From positions 216,753 to 280,752 of the forward strand of contig JANVYQ010000001.1 in assembly GCA_030059675.1 (NCBI GenBank): a stretch of 64,000 bases of DNA. Reading direction: 5' to 3'. Made by a program: the position numbers and the translations under genes. Origin of the DNA: Candidatus Pelearchaeum maunauluense. Lineage in GTDB: Archaea > Thermoproteota > Nitrososphaeria_A > Caldarchaeales > Caldarchaeaceae. Shown here in pieces: positions 8,403 through 18,188 of this stretch; position 1 is the first letter of the stretch, and the number at the start of each line of letters is the position of its first letter. The notes beneath the pieces are model-generated. The model was not told the DNA's origin. It saw only the letters and a program-made list of their open reading frames with translations, and did not search any database.

Positions 8403-10065
8403 CCTTTGCCACGCCCTCGTCGTAGCAGAGCTTCACAACGTTCCAAACCTGCTCGTAGTCGGTTATCCCCAGCTCCACTAGGCGCTGGAGAATCCACGCC
8501 CTCCTCTCCAGCTCGTCATAAACCCGCCGCGCATCGCGGCGCGAGAAACCCATAAGAGTAAGTATCTTGGTCTCAAGAAGAAAGCTGTTTCCCTCACCCC
8601 TAAAACATGCACACCATCAACAGCATCCCAGCTGAAGAGCTCTATGAAGTCAAAACTATCCATGCTTGGGTCGTAGCCCGCCATCTCATTTACGCTCAGT
8701 ATGCGGCGCTCAACCTTCCCTGTCCGCGGTATCCTTACCGCGCTCTGGATTACTACGCAGTTGAGTATATCTATGTAGGTCTTGGGTATGTTTATCGGGT
8801 CTCCCGTGAGGCGTTGTATAACCTTCTCCACAGAGCCTGCGTGGAACGTTGCCAGCACTGGATGCCCTGTCTGCATGGCTTGGAATGCCACCGTGGCCTC
8901 GGCTCCGCGTATCTCGCCGACTATGATGAAGTTCGGCCTCTGCCTAAGCGCCGCCTTGAGCAGGTCAAAGAGCTCCACACTGGGTCCTCCCTGCTCGCCC
9001 TGCCTAGTAACCTCCCTAACCCAGTTGCCGTGGGGGACGATTATCTCAGGCGTGTCCTCTATGCTTATTATCTTGGCCTTTGGGTTGATGAAGACGCAGG
9101 CCGCTCTCAGGGCTGTTGTCTTCCCAGAGGCGGTCTCCCACAGAACCATACACTAAAGCCATACTCAAGCAGTAGCCAGAGGTAGGCAGCCTCAAGGGCG
9201 CTGAGCGTGCCCCACTGTATCAGGCTGGTTATGCTCACAGGCTTCTCGGAGAACTTTCTTATCGTGAAGTTTGAGCCACACCTGCTAATATCGCTGCCGA
9301 ACACTATGTTTATGCGCAAGCCGTCTGGGAGGGGGCGTCGACTATGGGCCGTCTATACGTTACAGGCCTCCCAGCCCTCTCCGAGAGCCTTAAGACAAAG
9401 CCATCAAGCTCCTCCGCGCCATTAAACCTAACGTTAGTCTCACAGCTTCCGAAGATTTTATGCTCAACAAACACGGGCCCGACGCCGTCGCATGGTATAT
9501 CCTCTATGTATTGGTCGCGGATGAACGGCTCAAGCGGGCCTAGATAGACCTTCTCCATGACCATCTCAAAGCGGAGCGCGTCAAACGTTTCCTGATTCAC
9601 GTATATTGCGAGCAGCTTACCCTTACGTCTCGCTTCATTATATTCCCAGAGCTCTAGGCTGTCGTCAACTACTAGAATTTGGTCCAGCAGCTCCATGAGG
9701 AGCTGTTCATGCTCCTCTTTTGTCGCGAATGTTTTGGTAGCGTCTATGAGCGCCGCCATTCCTTCTTCAACCAGCATAAGCAGGTCCCGCGCCTCTGGAG
9801 GAGCTTGCGGCGTTACCGCGTTGTAATACGCGCGCTCACCCTCGCGCGAGTAGACGTGTATGAAGATTGGGACTCCCACTGGGTAGATTATGCTGAAGCT
9901 CTTCTGGTATCGTAGGTCTCTGGAGAGCTGTTCGCGGTACTCTATTGGCCTGCCTGTCCTGCGGCTCCATTCTATGATATACCTCTGTAGATGCGGGAAA
10001 CGCGCGGCTATTCTTCTTATTTCTGCGCCGCCAGCGAGTTTTTGCTGGGAGACCTGAACCGACAT
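8353..10065 (-). pseudogene. flaI: archaellum ATPase FlaI (VirB11/PilB-family secretion ATPase), broken into four frame segments
   Basis: Segments 9310-10065, 9107-9319, 8478-9149 and 8353-8553 read as follows. N-domain ...YIEDIPCDGVGPVFVEHKIFGSCETNVRFNGAEELDGFVLRLSERAGRPVTYRRPIVDA. Then INIVFGSDISRCGSNFTIRKF...LWLLLEY. Then Walker A WETASGKTTAL ...IEDTPEI...RPNFIIVGEIRGAEA...FQAMQTGH. Then C-terminal DARRVYDELERRAWILQRLVELGITDYEQVW. The junctions fall at a C5 run (about 9322), at about 9149/9107, and at a T-run (about 8553). Confidence 0.8.
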
Positions 10066-10078
10066 GTATGGCGCCTCC

Positions 10079-10819
10079 TCATGCTTTGGCCTGTGAGAAT
10101 GGGAGAACCTTTATCCCGAATGCTTGGTCAACCTCAAACGAGAGCGTAAGGCCTCCCTTGAGCTTCATGACTTGGAGAACGCGGACAAGCTTTTCGCCAA
10201 CCTCCTTAACTGAGAGAACAAGATGTGCGTCAGATATTGAGCGGAGACGCAGAAACATATCCTGGTCTACTGCGTATTGGTGGATTGTTATTATGACAGT
10301 TTTTCCATCCTCATCAACTACGTTTCTTATCCGCGTTAGGAAGTTTAGAATTTCCCTAGTATCGGCGTGTGTTAAGAGATATGTGAGCGAGTCCAGTATG
10401 AAGACGTCATGTTTCTTTTCCTGCTTCATGAATGAGGTTATAACGTTTAGCAGTATTGATGATATGTTATCAGCCCACTCAAGCGTCTTGACATGCAGCT
10501 CGCTTATCTTCAAGCTACCGTTAATGAAGTATGGCTTTACGTCCCAAGATAGATTACTCATTCCATAGATTATTCCTTTGAGGCTTGTCTTGGTGGTTAT
10601 GTAATATACTGTAAAGCCGCTTCTTAGAGCACCATAGCAATACTGCATCGCGATTACTGATTTCCCGCTATCGTTGGCTCCTTCTATTAGGCAGAGGGGC
10701 GGGGTTGGTATTCCACCAACCTTCCTGTCCAGCTCGGGGTTGAAGCTCCGTATGACTGCGTCACCCGCCAACCCACTCAGCCCCCACAAAACGAACCAAG
10801 ACTGGATACTGCCCGTCAA
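10079..10819 (-). CDS. flaH: archaellum protein FlaH (KaiC/RecA-like ATPase)
   Basis: 246 aa with Walker A LIEGANDSGKSVIAM in a KaiC-like fold. Positioned between flaF and flaI as in crenarchaeal fla operons. Confidence 0.7.
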   Translation of the reverse strand: MTGSIQSWFVLWGLSGLAGDAVIRSFNPELDRKVGGIPTPPLCLIEGANDSGKSVIAMQYCYGALRSGFTVYYITTKTSLKGIIYGMSNLSWDVKPYFINGSLKISELHVKTLEWADNISSILLNVITSFMKQEKKHDVFILDSLTYLLTHADTREILNFLTRIRNVVDEDGKTVIITIHQYAVDQDMFLRLRSISDAHLVLSVKEVGEKLVRVLQVMKLKGGLTLSFEVDQAFGIKVLPFSQAKA

Positions 10820-11306
10820 TCAAATCATCGAGCCATGCCTCAACCTCTATCGTTTCACGCACATTCCAGATACCAGAATAACCATCAACAAGGTCTATGT
10901 GGTCTAGTAGCTCGCCAGCAAAACCGTTGGTATATACAGCTATTATACGCCATCCCTCTGGTTTCGCCCTACCTGGGTCGTAAGACAGCCATACACTACG
11001 TAAAGCGCCATCAGTCTTTCTTACGTATGTGATTATTACATCAACGTATCTAAAGTTGGCCGCCCTATGCGCGTATGGCCCTTCGTTCTCCACGTAGAAT
11101 TGGATAAGATGGGGCTGGACGACCGTTATGTTTAGTATTTTGTAGTGGTTTTGTCTTAATGCTATTTCTGCTGATTCTATCGTTGATTTCTGTAATTCTA
11201 CCAGCAGGCTACCTGCTGCCGTGAATAGTAATAGGGCTGGGATAAGTGTCATGGCCGCAAGCCACGCAGCAGCTATCGTGGCGAAGCCCGACATGTCGGA
11301 ACACAC
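10761..11306 (-). CDS. flaF: archaellum protein FlaF-like
   Basis: 181 aa with one N-terminal TM helix followed by a beta-rich soluble domain. Gene order G-F-H-I-J. Confidence 0.5.
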   Translation of the reverse strand: MCSDMSGFATIAAAWLAAMTLIPALLLFTAAGSLLVELQKSTIESAEIALRQNHYKILNITVVQPHLIQFYVENEGPYAHRAANFRYVDVIITYVRKTDGALRSVWLSYDPGRAKPEGWRIIAVYTNGFAGELLDHIDLVDGYSGIWNVRETIEVEAWLDDLIDGQYPVLVRFVGAEWVGG

Positions 11307-12481
11307 TATACTGAGAAGTAGTAATCAGACTTCTGGCCCAGATAGGCCACGAACCTAACGAAGTACTCGCCAGCGCTCAACGTGAAGTTAAGCGTAATCG
11401 TTATGAGTAGTGTCTCGCCTGGGTCCCATCTTCCGTCGTTATCAACGTCGTTCATGGCTGTGTATGTCCAGCCCAGTGATGTTCCTTGGTATGGTATACT
11501 TACCAACATGCTTCGGTTCCCTAGGAAGATGTCGGATAGCTTAACCAGCTCTGGGTGTATGTCTGCGCTTCCCGTATTCTTTACCCATGCTCTTACCTCG
11601 CTGCTCCCAGAGGTTGATGTGGCGAATATTATCTCCGTATCTATTGAGAGCTCCTTTTTGAGCCGTTCTATTTTTTCGCGGTGCGCTTGGCCGAGGTCTC
11701 CCAGTGTGGTGAATACCGATGCAGAGAACGCCGACGCAGCCACTATAGCGGCTATCAGGATTATTGCCTCAGCTATCACGTAGCCCGTCGGCATACCCTT
11801 AGAACCCCCAGACTTTCCGTGAATATTGGACTGGCCTGAGAGGCCATGAAGCCTGTCAAACGCCGTGAGGAGAAGCAATAGTAGTGGGCCGTCTTCCTCA
11901 TGCGCTACTTTTGATAGTAGATAGAGAACAACCAACACATTACCCAGACCATAGTTCTTAGGAGCCAGCGACTCGTATTGAAGGCCAAAATCACTTCTGG
12001 CAGAGAGTTCCAGCGCTTCTTTAACGTCATCGGCTATATCCTTAGGCAACAATCCTTTCCAGGCCATCATATTTACTATGTTTAAGACCTGCTCGCGGCC
12101 AACGAGACCTATCATAAGATACGTGGCAGCCATTATGTTTAGGAACCTACCGAGACTTCTCCCCTCTGTTCTACGCGGTATTATTGATAACTGTTCATAA
12201 TGCTGTTTTAAGGGCTCTATCTGCTGATGAGGCTCTTCTTTATGCTGTTCCATGTCGGACTTTTTACTCTGCTGGGTTTTTAGCTCAGGGATGTTTGAGC
12301 CTAGAAGCGCGCTAACATAGGTGAATGGGTTTTCAAGTGTTCCGAGAATTTCACGCACATCTAGGAGTGTCTTCTCTAATGGCTCCTTGAGGCTCTTCAC
12401 CTCTTCCTCAAGTTGCCGCAGTTTCTTTTCTAAAGGGTCGCGGGATGGAATCTCTTCGCCTGCCAATACCTCCACCTCCAA
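11306..12481 (-). CDS. FlaX/FlaCDE-like coiled-coil domain fused to a FlaG-like domain
   Basis: 391 aa. N-terminal coiled-coil KKLRQLEEEVKSLKEPLEKTLLDVREILGTLEN. A FlaD/E-like segment ATYLMIGLVGREQVLNIVNMMAWKGLLPKDIADDVKEAL. C-terminal archaellin-like hydrophobic helix GMPTGYVIAEAIILIAAIVAASAFSASVF plus a beta domain, as in FlaG. Confidence 0.5.
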   Translation of the reverse strand: MEVEVLAGEEIPSRDPLEKKLRQLEEEVKSLKEPLEKTLLDVREILGTLENPFTYVSALLGSNIPELKTQQSKKSDMEQHKEEPHQQIEPLKQHYEQLSIIPRRTEGRSLGRFLNIMAATYLMIGLVGREQVLNIVNMMAWKGLLPKDIADDVKEALELSARSDFGLQYESLAPKNYGLGNVLVVLYLLSKVAHEEDGPLLLLLLTAFDRLHGLSGQSNIHGKSGGSKGMPTGYVIAEAIILIAAIVAASAFSASVFTTLGDLGQAHREKIERLKKELSIDTEIIFATSTSGSSEVRAWVKNTGSADIHPELVKLSDIFLGNRSMLVSIPYQGTSLGWTYTAMNDVDNDGRWDPGETLLITITLNFTLSAGEYFVRFVAYLGQKSDYYFSV

Positions 12482-12490
12482 ACACCCCTA

Positions 12491-13024
12491 TCATTTTGGA
12501 ATCACGACAAACTCGCAATATTCACCACCGTTGAGAATGCATGTACTCTCCCAAACCTCCGCACTGCTCTCCATGTATTTGTTGAAGAGCGCGCGAAGCA
12601 GCCCTTTTATGAAGCAGCAGCCAACACTTGTTCTCTTATGGCTATGCGGCAGATCATTTAGGAGGAATGAAATAGGTATCCAGCCGCTGAGGCGGACAAG
12701 TACTCCTGAGCGTTCTCCGACAAGGCTTCTGAAAACCGCCAGCTCACTTCCAAACTGGCCTTTAATCAGCATGTATTCCCGTAGTAATCTCTCTGAGACC
12801 GTTAGTATATCTCCCTCGGTTTCCTCAACCTCCTCCGAGCACTCATACAGTCTCTCTGCCTCGTATTCGCCTAGTTGCTCCAGCAGGTTGGCCGCCGCGC
12901 GCACACCTATGGAGCGCGCGAGCGAGATTCCGATGAACTGAACAAACGACCTATCAAACAGTATCCTCTCCCTACGCACAGCGGCTCCCTCTGTTTTGAA
13001 GGATTTAAAATGAATCGTATTCAT
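12491..13024 (-). CDS. V4R (4-vinyl reductase) domain protein
   Basis: C-terminal Cys pattern TSVGCCFIKGLLRALFNKYM...TCILNGGEYCEFVV typical of the V4R domain. It sits at the head of the fla accessory operon. Confidence 0.55.
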   Translation of the reverse strand: MNTIHFKSFKTEGAAVRRERILFDRSFVQFIGISLARSIGVRAAANLLEQLGEYEAERLYECSEEVEETEGDILTVSERLLREYMLIKGQFGSELAVFRSLVGERSGVLVRLSGWIPISFLLNDLPHSHKRTSVGCCFIKGLLRALFNKYMESSAEVWESTCILNGGEYCEFVVIPK

Positions 13025-13133
13025 ATCTTATTAAAATAAGATTTGAGATGTATAAAAATTCATAAACAAACTTATTTAGAATACTACTGAAATAATGATA
13101 AAAATACAACAGGATAATTGGAAAAGCAAAAAG

Positions 13134-13902
13134 ATGGAGACGGGGATTAACTGGGCTTGAGACAGCGATTATACTGATAGCCTTCGTCATCGTCGCCAGC
13201 GCCTTCGCCGTAGTCAGCAGTTTCAAGATAGATAGACTTCAGATGGAGGGGTTTTCCCCAGGCCTAAGGCTCTTCCAAGAGCTTATGGGGGCTTGGGGTG
13301 GGTTCACCCTGACAGGGGATGAGGCTGACGAGGGCTCCGATGAACTCATGAGGAGCCCGAGGCTGATGAATCCCAAGACTTACGTATGTCTATGAAAGAC
13401 TACGTAGGTCAGAACCCGTCCTAAATCTGGACATGTTCACGACGCAGAAGAGCTCAGAAGCCATGCAGGCTGGCTTGCAGGGGTCGCTCAGCTCTATAGA
13501 GATTGCGGGCGCGGTCATAGCCCAGGCCGACACAACTGTAACGCCAGCTAAGGTGAAGAATATCACCATACACATCAAGACGGCTGTCGGGAAGGCAGCC
13601 CCATAGACATGTCAAAGGATAAGCTCGTAATAGCCTACCGAGACCCCAACACGTTCCTAGAGAACATCTACACAGATACGTACATTCTTAACAATAACAT
13701 AACCGTAGCAGAAGTAACAGGCGATGGCGACTCTGTGCTGGAGTATGGTGAGGTCTGGAAAATCGTCATAGCCATACCAGAGCTGGCCAACCTAAACCCC
13801 AACGACATATTCGCGGTGGAGATAAAGCCACCTGTAGGCTCGCTACTGAAGGTTGAGCGAAGGCTACCACCCGCCTTCGACGCTGTTATGGACCTGACCT
13901 AA
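13134..13902 (+). pseudogene. flaB: archaellin (FlaB) with class III signal peptide, disrupted by an internal insertion of about 196 nt and by frameshifts
   Basis: Frame 1 (13102-13395) reads KRWRRGLTGLETAIILIAFVIVASAFAVVSS, which matches archaellin N-termini. Frame 2 (13418-13606) reads VLNLDMFTTQKSSEAMQAGLQGSLSSIEIAG...NITIHIKTAVGKAAP. Frame 1 again (13609-13902) gives the C-terminal domain ...VTGDGDSVLEYGEVWKIVIAIP... The ATG at 13134 is out of frame by one base. The mid/C junction is at a C4 run (13599-13602). Confidence 0.75.
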
Positions 13903-13969
13903 CCCCAAAATCCCACACCATTTTTATGGCTAATACTAATATAGTGAGCCACGTCGCTGCACTACGTTT

Positions 13970-14950
13970 ATGACGCTGCTCACAGAACTGGCATACGCGG
14001 GGCTCATCATAATAGCCTCATTTGGCATTGCTTCATTATCTTGGGTTATTCTAAAGAGATACGCGACCTCATGGGTTACGAAGACCAAAACACCGCTTGA
14101 CGATATCATCATACAAGTAGTGAGGCTACCGCTCTACCTATCCATACTACTGGTGGGCATTAACCTAGCTCTTAAGAGGATTGGCATTTTTGAGCCGTAT
14201 CTACGCTACCTGGACATGGGATTCTATGCCATGTGGGCAGTCATCATCGGCCGCATATTTTACCGATTCACCGACTCGGCTGTTCCAGTACTGGCTAGGA
14301 AGGCCGATATACCGCTAACCCCCGCTGAAGTGATTAGAAAGACGATAAAGTGGATAATCATAATCGCCATCATAGTATCGCTCTTCGCTATAGTAGGAAT
14401 AGAGATGAGCGGCGTCATCTCTGTGATAATGCTAGTCCTGGGCACCCTGATAATCCTAGCATTCGCAACGTGGAGCATAATGGGCAACATAACCGCTGGC
14501 GTAGTTCTAATGATATGGAGACCCATAGAGGTCGGAGACTATATAGAGATAAGCCCAGACAACATACAAGGCCGCGTGGAAAACATCAACCTAATGTTCA
14601 CACGCCTCCGTATGAAGACTGGTGAGACGATGAACATACCAAACACCATGGTTCTCCAGAAGTATGTGCGAAACCTCAGCAAGTCAGGAACCTACCTGAT
14701 ACAGCTCTCCTACAAGTTCAACGTCTCGCAAGACCCTGAGACCGTGTCAGCTCTGCTTATAGACGCTGCCGAGAAGACCGAGGGAATCCTCAAGAACCCC
14801 AGGCCATTCGTCAAGGTTAAGAATATTGAAGACGACTCTGTGGTTTACGAGCTGAATGCGTATATAAACAGGCCTGCCGACCACGAGGAGATAACCTCTA
14901 CACTCAGGTTAAATGTGCTTAAAACACTCAAGTCATCTCAAGGACATTAG
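13970..14950 (+). CDS. mscS: small-conductance mechanosensitive channel MscS family
   Basis: 326 aa with three N-terminal TM helices, then an MscS beta-domain with ITAGVVLMIWRPIEVGDYIEI...QGRVENINLMFTRLR. Confidence 0.8.
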   Translation: MTLLTELAYAGLIIIASFGIASLSWVILKRYATSWVTKTKTPLDDIIIQVVRLPLYLSILLVGINLALKRIGIFEPYLRYLDMGFYAMWAVIIGRIFYRFTDSAVPVLARKADIPLTPAEVIRKTIKWIIIIAIIVSLFAIVGIEMSGVISVIMLVLGTLIILAFATWSIMGNITAGVVLMIWRPIEVGDYIEISPDNIQGRVENINLMFTRLRMKTGETMNIPNTMVLQKYVRNLSKSGTYLIQLSYKFNVSQDPETVSALLIDAAEKTEGILKNPRPFVKVKNIEDDSVVYELNAYINRPADHEEITSTLRLNVLKTLKSSQGH

Positions 14951-14952
14951 CC

Positions 14953-15934
14953 ATGCAGGGTATGGAGACTAGGGAGCACGCGTTAATAGGGCTTGTGATA
15001 ATCTCGATAATAATAGCTACTGGCTCTATCTTATTCTCATTCATGAAGGGCATAAACATCTTTGACGCGTTCTACTGGACGATAACTGTATTGACAACGA
15101 TTGGCTTTGGGAATATTGTACCAACGACTCCACAGGCTAAGATTCTGTATATAGCGCTGGTAGTGTCGGGTATAGCGTTTTATGGCTATTTCGTAACCAG
15201 CATAAGCGAGTCAAAGCCGAAAACATCTTAGCAGCGTATTTGCCTGGGATATACATGTCGCGTAGGTTGCAGAACCATACGATAATAATTGGCTGGAATA
15301 GGTTCTCTGAGGCTGCCTATGAATAGCTGGAGATAAACGGCAGAAATCCAGTCGTTGTTGTTGAGGATGAAGAGAGGGCGCGTATGCTCTCTAGGAGCGG
15401 TGTTAGGGTTATGTATGGCGACCCCGCAGATGAGAATATTCTAAAAGAAGCGGGGATAGGTGGATGTAGTTCTCTATAATCATAACTGATGTAAATACTG
15501 AGAAGAAGCTTATCTATATGCTCAAGACACGAAAGCTACGCGGGGGTGTTCCTATCATAGTTCTGAGCAGGAAGCGGGGGATGCGCGACATCTATAAACA
15601 AGCGGGAGCAACGCGCATAGTTGACGCATACGATATTGTTGGAAGGCTTCTGGCGGGAAGTGTCTTTGAGCCGCTAGCGAGTGAGGTTTTATATGATATG
15701 GCTGAATCCTCCAAGGATCTAGACATAACCGAGGCGGGGGTAGGAGTAGAAGCAACGATAGAAGAGCTGGAGCAGCAAGGATTCAAAGCACACATAATAC
15801 TCGTAGAACGGAACAATGAGAGAATATACACGCCACCATATAATTTCAGGCTAAAACCTGGCGATAAGGTTGTTTTGGTTGGAAATGCCAGCGATATAGC
15901 TAGGGACTTGAGAATGCTCGGCGGTGGGTCATAG
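14953..15934 (+). pseudogene. MthK-like K+ channel (pore + RCK/TrkA-N + TrkA-C), with two frameshifts and an in-frame TAG
   Basis: Pore ORF 14953-15231 carries the selectivity filter TVLTTIGFGN. The RCK continues in shifted frames: HTIIIGWNRFSEAAYE-TAG(15324-15326)-LEINGRNPVVVVEDEERARMLSRSGVRVMYGDPADENILKEAGIGG, then 15479-15934 ...IYMLKTRKLRGGVPIIVLS... plus a TrkA-C domain. The junctions are at an A4 run (15220-15223) and near 15471-15478. Confidence 0.75.
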
Positions 15935-15936
15935 GT

Positions 15937-16218
15937 TTAGGCCTGTGAGGAACGTATGGTTTCTAATATGCTTATGGCCATCCAGAGCTGTGTGCGTGTG
16001 AATGTCGGCATATTCGGGTCTGAGATTATCTCTTCAATCATTTCTATAGAGTTCGCAGCCCTTACTGCGGGTGAATATTTTTCGTTGAAAAGCTCTTCGG
16101 CGGCCTGTTTGGCTACTCTACGTATATTGCGCGGCGTACCCATATCGTTGGCGATTGTCTCAAGTATTTGGACAACATTCTGCCTCTTAGTTTCCCATTC
16201 CTGTTTAGCCTCAGCCAT
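15937..16218 (-). CDS. UPF0147-family small conserved archaeal protein
   Basis: 93 aa helical protein. The family assignment is made from memory of archaeal UPF0147 sequences. Confidence 0.4.
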   Translation of the reverse strand: MAEAKQEWETKRQNVVQILETIANDMGTPRNIRRVAKQAAEELFNEKYSPAVRAANSIEMIEEIISDPNMPTFTRTQLWMAISILETIRSSQA

Positions 16219-16377
16219 ATCTCAGCCGCCTCGGTCATCCTAACGCTATATGAGCAACCATGCCTCCTACTTAAAAACATAACCCCAACACGATGGGTAT
16301 AAAGAATCTTAGCAGAAAACAGTAGTTATACTCACGACATACCGACAGTAATAACGACAAGTGAAGAAATAATGAAG

Positions 16378-18057
16378 TTATTGTATCGTTGGCTTCGTTA
16401 TAGCTCCTAGTGATGCAGAGGCTACTAGTGATGCATATTTTGCGAGGAGTCCGCTGGTATAGCGTGGTGGGCGCGGACGCCAACTCTCAAGTCGTTTCTT
16501 CAACTCGTTCTCAGAGACGAGCACGTCAAGCCTACCCTTCTCAGCGTCTATGACTATCTTATCACCTTCTTCCACCACCGCTATAGGGCCCCCCACAGCA
16601 GCCTCAGGCGATGTGTGCCCCACCATCATACCGCGTGTGGCGCCGCTAAACCTGCCATCAGTAACCATAGCGACATGCTCGCCCAGCCCAGCACCCACGA
16701 TAGCCGCTGTTACGCGGAGCATCTCAGGCATGCCAGGACCGCCGCGCGGCCCTTCATACCTAATGACTACCACATCGCCTTCTTGTATCTCGTTACGTCT
16801 AAGGGCTTCAAAAACGCCCTCCTCGCCGTCAAAGGGTTTAGCCCTGCCCTCAAAGCGCGTAATTCCCGTTGCAGCGACCTTCAGTACGGCGCCTTCAGGC
16901 GCAAGTGTGCCGCGTAGTATCTTAATGCCGCCAGTCGGCTTGATGGGTTGGGAAACCTCCTTAACTATATGCGAGTGCTGAACTTCTGGGAATTTGTAGC
17001 TCTCCAAGCTCTCCTTGAGGGACTTCCCGCTTATGGTGAGGACATCGCCATTTAGAAGGCCTGCCTTCATGAGCTTCCGCAGGATTATGGGGACACCACC
17101 AACCTGGTCTAGGTCGGACATCACGTAGAGGCCGCCAGGCCTCAGGCTGGCTATGTAGGGGGTCTTGCTGGATATTCTCTCAAAGTCTTCCAGCGAGAGC
17201 TTTACACCAGCCTCGTAAGCTATGGCGAGCAGGTGAAGGATAGCGTTGGTAGAGCCGCCCATAGCCATCAACACCGCTATGGCATTTTCAAACGCTTCAA
17301 AGGTCATGATGTCGCGTGGCTTGAGGCCAGTTTCTATAGCCTTGGCAAGCGCCATACCAGTCTCATACGCGTACGCTGCTCTCCGCGCTGATGTCGCAGG
17401 CGGGGATGCGCTGCCTAGTAGAGCTATGCCCAGGGCCTCGGAGAGGGAGGCCATAGTATTGGCCGTGAAGAGGCCAGCACATGTTCCATACGTTGGATGG
17501 GCGAAACGCTCAACCATCAAGAGCTCTTCCTCGCTAACAATCCCCTTGACATAGCCGCCCAGCGACTCATACACATCCTCAATAGTCAGCTTCCTATCGC
17601 CGCAGAAGCCAGGCTCCGCAGTTCCACCGTATAGATATGCGGCAGGCCTGTTGATGCGCGCCATGGCCATCATAAGCCCAGGCTCAGTCTTATCACAGCC
17701 TCCTATACCTACGAAACCATCAAACGCGTGAGCCATCACCTGCGCTTCAGCCGTGTCTGCGATTAGCTCGCGGCTCACCAAACTATAACGCATACCCTCA
17801 GTTCCCATGCTTATGTTATCATTCACCACTATCGTAGGCATGGCGAGGGCTGAGGCACCCATACTTCTAATCCCCTCCTTAACGTATCTGACGAGGTTGA
17901 GAGTGTGGAAGTTGCATGGCCCAGCCTCGCTCCAGGCAACCACGACGGCGGCGAGAGGCTTGCCCACATCCTCGTCCGTCAGCCCTACAGAGCGCAGAAA
18001 AGCACGATGGGGAGCATTAACAATACCAACATAACGCTCAACGCTAGGCCTATCCAT
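16378..18057 (-). CDS. ilvD: dihydroxy-acid dehydratase
   Basis: 559 aa with IlvD/EDD signatures, including CDKTEPG (CDKxxPG) and the C-terminal SGATRG... region. Confidence 0.9.
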   Translation of the reverse strand: MDRPSVERYVGIVNAPHRAFLRSVGLTDEDVGKPLAAVVVAWSEAGPCNFHTLNLVRYVKEGIRSMGASALAMPTIVVNDNISMGTEGMRYSLVSRELIADTAEAQVMAHAFDGFVGIGGCDKTEPGLMMAMARINRPAAYLYGGTAEPGFCGDRKLTIEDVYESLGGYVKGIVSEEELLMVERFAHPTYGTCAGLFTANTMASLSEALGIALLGSASPPATSARRAAYAYETGMALAKAIETGLKPRDIMTFEAFENAIAVLMAMGGSTNAILHLLAIAYEAGVKLSLEDFERISSKTPYIASLRPGGLYVMSDLDQVGGVPIILRKLMKAGLLNGDVLTISGKSLKESLESYKFPEVQHSHIVKEVSQPIKPTGGIKILRGTLAPEGAVLKVAATGITRFEGRAKPFDGEEGVFEALRRNEIQEGDVVVIRYEGPRGGPGMPEMLRVTAAIVGAGLGEHVAMVTDGRFSGATRGMMVGHTSPEAAVGGPIAVVEEGDKIVIDAEKGRLDVLVSENELKKRLESWRPRPPRYTSGLLAKYASLVASASLGAITKPTIQ

Positions 18058-18188
18058 AACGCCATCAACAGCCCAGACAGTTAATAAGCATTACTTACAT
18101 GATGCTTCTTGCTCTGAGCCTTTCTGCTGGTTTCATTTGAGTTATATATGGCTTTGGCGCGCAGCTATTAAGCGGGGCTGCTGCGGGT

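Noticed and set aside
13005-13226. 73-aa minus-strand ORF overlapping the archaellin N-terminus
   Set aside because: Antisense to the strongly supported class III signal peptide coding segment, with an AT-rich low-complexity product.
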